DNA of 64,000 nucleotides, from NCBI GenBank assembly GCA_000708835.1, contig DF237375.1, positions 15,351 to 79,350 of the forward strand, read 5' to 3'. The translations under genes and the position numbers were made by a program. Source of the DNA: Klebsormidium nitens. Its lineage: Eukaryota > Plantae > Klebsormidiophyceae. Below are positions 60,742-64,000 of this stretch, piece by piece. The first letter of the stretch is position 1, and the number at the start of each line of letters is the position of its first letter. The notes under the pieces are model-generated. The model did not search any database, was not told the origin of the DNA, and saw nothing but the letters and a program-made list of their open reading frames with translations.

Positions 60742-62151
60742 GATCAACAGCCAGGAAAGATCTGGCTGGACCTAAAGTATTATAGTATTCCTACATGTTA
60801 CCTTAGTTTCCATCTTCATCACTAGCCAATCACAATGTCGGTTGCAGCTAGAAACCAGCTTTCTACATTCTCGGTTCTTCCCAACGGACTCTTTCCTGGC
60901 AGCAGCAAAGCGCAGCCAGCACTCAAGTTACTGAGGCGCACATGTATCAAGCAATTCCGACTCCTGCAATATCACTGGCGCTGAACTCTGGACATTGAAG
61001 TCACAACGTATGGCATTAATAGATGCAGGCGAATACACCTGATGCTACACACTTTCACCCTTCCACCAAGATGATTCCATATAAGTCACCTGCTTTAAGT
61101 TGTGTCGAACAGGAGAAAGGCGTGGTCTCATAACACTTTTACAGTGACGGCACGAACGCCGACGGGCTGTGTCATGGGTCGGGGGCTTGGCGGCTGGCGG
61201 GCTACTCACCCTCGCTTGCGGGGGGTGGGGCACGGCGGCGGGGGCGTAGCAGAAAACGGAGTGTCGGTGAGAGGTCGGGGGGTTGGAGGTGGCGGCGGCG
61301 GCGGCCGGCGGTGCGTATAGCAAGCGCTTCAGCGGCGTGCTGCCATGGGCAGCGCTTTACAAATGAAGTCGATCTTGAATTTGGCCTACTAAGTTAAGTG
61401 GAAACATACATCACATATGATGCACACAACGATTATCGGGTGAAGACCTCAGACATATTCATATACAATGATAGCGAACAATGAGATCGAGATCCCTGTT
61501 CGGCCGACAGCTAGGCCCGGGGCCCGGCCATGCATATAGATTGTCTGGAACCCCCGCTATGCATCGTGAGTCATCATAGGCGTTTCAGTCAATTGCGACA
61601 CAATCAATAATGTCAATCAAAAATTTGTGGTAGGATATTTCAAGTCACTGTATATGTTTTCAAATGTATGCCTTGTCGACAAAAAGATGAGTACGTCGCA
61701 CAAACATTCATCTGCTAGTATGCATGCTGAACGTTCGTAATCCATATGCAAAGCCAAATAAATCCTTCACTGAGTCAAGTTGCAGATCCTATGAACACAG
61801 CATTCGCCAAATAAACGAGCTTAGACATCCCGCGACTCGCCGCCAATTGGTCGCGCGGCCCTGATTCAGCAAGACAATTCACTTGGCTTTATAGTATAGT
61901 GAATCATTTGTGATCTTCATCATTATCGTTCATCTGCACAATGTCGAAAGATAGCGGACTTCTGCCCTGACACCAAAGGGACAATGTGGGTTCTATAATC
62001 GATGTAACATCGATAGATGCTAGCGTATGATCCCACTCAAACGATCATATACCGATTCGGCTATAATCCTCTTCGTTATACACAATAAACAGACTACACT
62101 TACAGTCAAGCCCTTCCTGCAATAACATAAGAAAAGTCCACCCACCCGCGT

Positions 62152-64000
62152 TCATCGGAATCGCGCGGGAACTTGTACAGGCCGACCTGACCTGCTGGCC
62201 TTTATTCTCGCATCCTTTGCGGAGACTCTCTCTGCTTCCGCCGACAGGGCAGACTTCTCATCACAACCAGAGCACAACCATTCGACCCCGTCTTCTAAGA
62301 CATCATCTGGATACTCTATTTTCGCCTGATCTAGACACTCTAAGTGGAAGCCTCTATCACACCCATCGCAGAGAACTTGCTCGTCTTCTTCCCCGTGGTT
62401 AACCTCACACAACCCGCACAGGTCGGAGAGCGAGCGCCCTCGTTCTCGCTCCTCGACCAACGTCTCTCGTGCTCGAAACGCCTCCACTGCATCCAGGACT
62501 TTCCTGCGCTCACTTTCGGGCAGCCTGTAGCCACCCTCGCACGCCTCCATTCTGATGCCCTCAACCGCACGACGAGCTTTCGCCTCCGTGTCTTCCCGTT
62601 CCCAAACGTACACCTCCGGCGCCGCGGCTCCGATCGACAACCATTCGATGCTCAACTCGGTTCTGCTGCCCGGTTCAAACCCGTTGTCGACCGCTAACCA
62701 GAAGTCAGCGTCATCACCAATCGCTGCACTTCGTCCATGCCAGTCCACCGAGACGACAAAGGCGGAGCACACCTTTCCACTGTCGTGAGCGCCCCTGCTG
62801 GCCGCACCATCGTCGACCGTTCTTGCCGGGCAGGCCGCCTCCCCGTGGCCGGTTTCTCCGCACAACGGACAACCAGCCCGTGTCTCTCTACCGGCCGCCC
62901 CCTGACGTTCCCCTCCCCCCAGATTCGCAGCCCGCCTGCTTGCGGTTGCCCGTTTCCGAGCGTCCGCTTGCAGCTTTTGGACCTGCCAACGCTGCACTTG
63001 CGCAACCGCGTCCGCTGCCTCGCAGCAGCCGTTGACGTTGTGCTCCACAAACAACTCCACCTGGGCCGCTGGAAAGTTGAAGTCTCGCCTCTCGAGCTCT
63101 GCCCTCAGCAGTCTTGACGGCAAGCACCTGGAAGCGAAGAGTATAAAGTCACTGACCTGTAGCTCCCACCCCAGTCACTTAACTGACTTCAGTAACTTAG
63201 GTCAGTCAACTTAACCCCAACCGACTGCCTACGTTACCTTTAAACTGTTGCTCTGTTAGTTGCTTACCCAACCGGATAGTAATCTGGTCAGTAACAAGTC
63301 TCTTTGACCGAAACCTGACTATCTGAGTGGATGCGTTAGCGCCGACCTGCAGTTTGCACGACCGTCTTCACTAGCTTCCGTAACCTGGGCAGTCAGGTTG
63401 ATTACTGACCGAGCTGAGTAATCAGGTTAGCTTGAGCACCGACCTGTAGCTGTATTTAGTTGGTCTAACTGACTAATGTAACCTAGATTGGTTAAGTTAG
63501 TCACTGCCCTAGCAGTAATTACCTAAAACTGACGGTTAGCTGACCTTTGACTGACCAAGAACCTAGTCAACCAGGTCGGTCAGTGACCCATTTAAGTTTG
63601 GCCAGTGCAAACGATGGACGTACATGCAACTCTGGCCAATCAGAATGAAATCTGAACCGAAGAAACGAGCGCATGACCCAAAAGAATTGAACCCGTGGGA
63701 CGACAACAAACGGCGAGGGAGACAGGAGACTCGAACCAGGAGCAACAGAAACAGCCGGCCAGGGCCACACGAAGGCCAATTCAGAAACCGGAACCTGATC
63801 GCTTTCAGTACTGGACAAAACCGGACAGATATTGAACGACCGACCAACCCATGCAAAGAAACAGAATGCTTACCGGTCAGTCGACGACGCCTCCCCGGGC
63901 GGATGATCCCCGTTTGCCGCCCGCTCTTCTGACGTCTGAAACTTACCGGTTTCCGCAAATTGCGGAGTGCCGAGGAAGGCCCTTTCCCGGCACTCCTCGT
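62152..64000 (-). CDS. 5'-partial protein with a CCHC zinc knuckle and a C-terminal PHD finger
   Basis: Terminal exon 63127-62152 after cttccag; a probable upstream exon ends at 63947 (CG|gtaagt, phase-compatible). Motifs CPLCGETGHGEAAC and CGLC...CDGCDRGFHLEC...WLCSGC. Confidence 0.75.
63140..63600. repeat. Cryptic low-complexity tract built from short ACTGAC/GTCAGT and TAAC/GTTA words in both orientations
   Basis: Visible motif enrichment, with small hairpins such as gattact...agtaatc. Confidence 0.55.

Noticed and set aside
61045-61345. GC-rich ORF upstream of the FAS1 gene
   Set aside because: No in-frame ATG (the nearby ATG gives MAARR-stop); more likely a 5' UTR exon ending at a GTGAGT donor.
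1-64000. rRNA, tRNA and intact mobile elements
   Set aside because: No cloverleaf with T-loop consensus, rRNA signature, or transposase, RT or integrase motif was recognised on either strand.

Overview
Eukaryotic, intron-rich (GT-AG) nuclear DNA. The gene set (plant-type endo-beta-mannosidase, FKBP17-1, DUF538 and an expansin-like protein, alongside cobalamin-trafficking homologues) suggests a streptophyte green alga, Klebsormidium-like; this is inference. I assembled 12 spliced genes by hand, checking splice phases: a Cys/EGF-rich single-pass membrane protein (5' partial), a Q/A-rich protein, PLD-type PGS1, GH2 endo-beta-mannosidase, thylakoid FKBP17-1, an expansin-like protein, an ABCD4-like transporter, a methyltransferase-riboflavin kinase fusion, DUF538, malic enzyme, a FAS1 protein and a CCHC+PHD protein (5' partial). 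Four signals stand out. (1) An MMADHC/CblD-like domain is inserted in-frame between the TMD and NBD of the ABCD4(CblJ)-like transporter, a candidate B12 export-and-handoff fusion. (2) A SAM methyltransferase is spliced in-frame to a riboflavin kinase and lies head-to-head with gene (1). (3) Several genes carry intronic 'echo' arrays, which are decaying tandem copies of real splice junctions plus exon edges. (4) The malic enzyme has a twin-arginine, lumen-signal-like presequence. I saw no rRNA, tRNA, CRISPR array or intact transposon. All family calls come from motif recognition, not database searches, and novelty is unverified.
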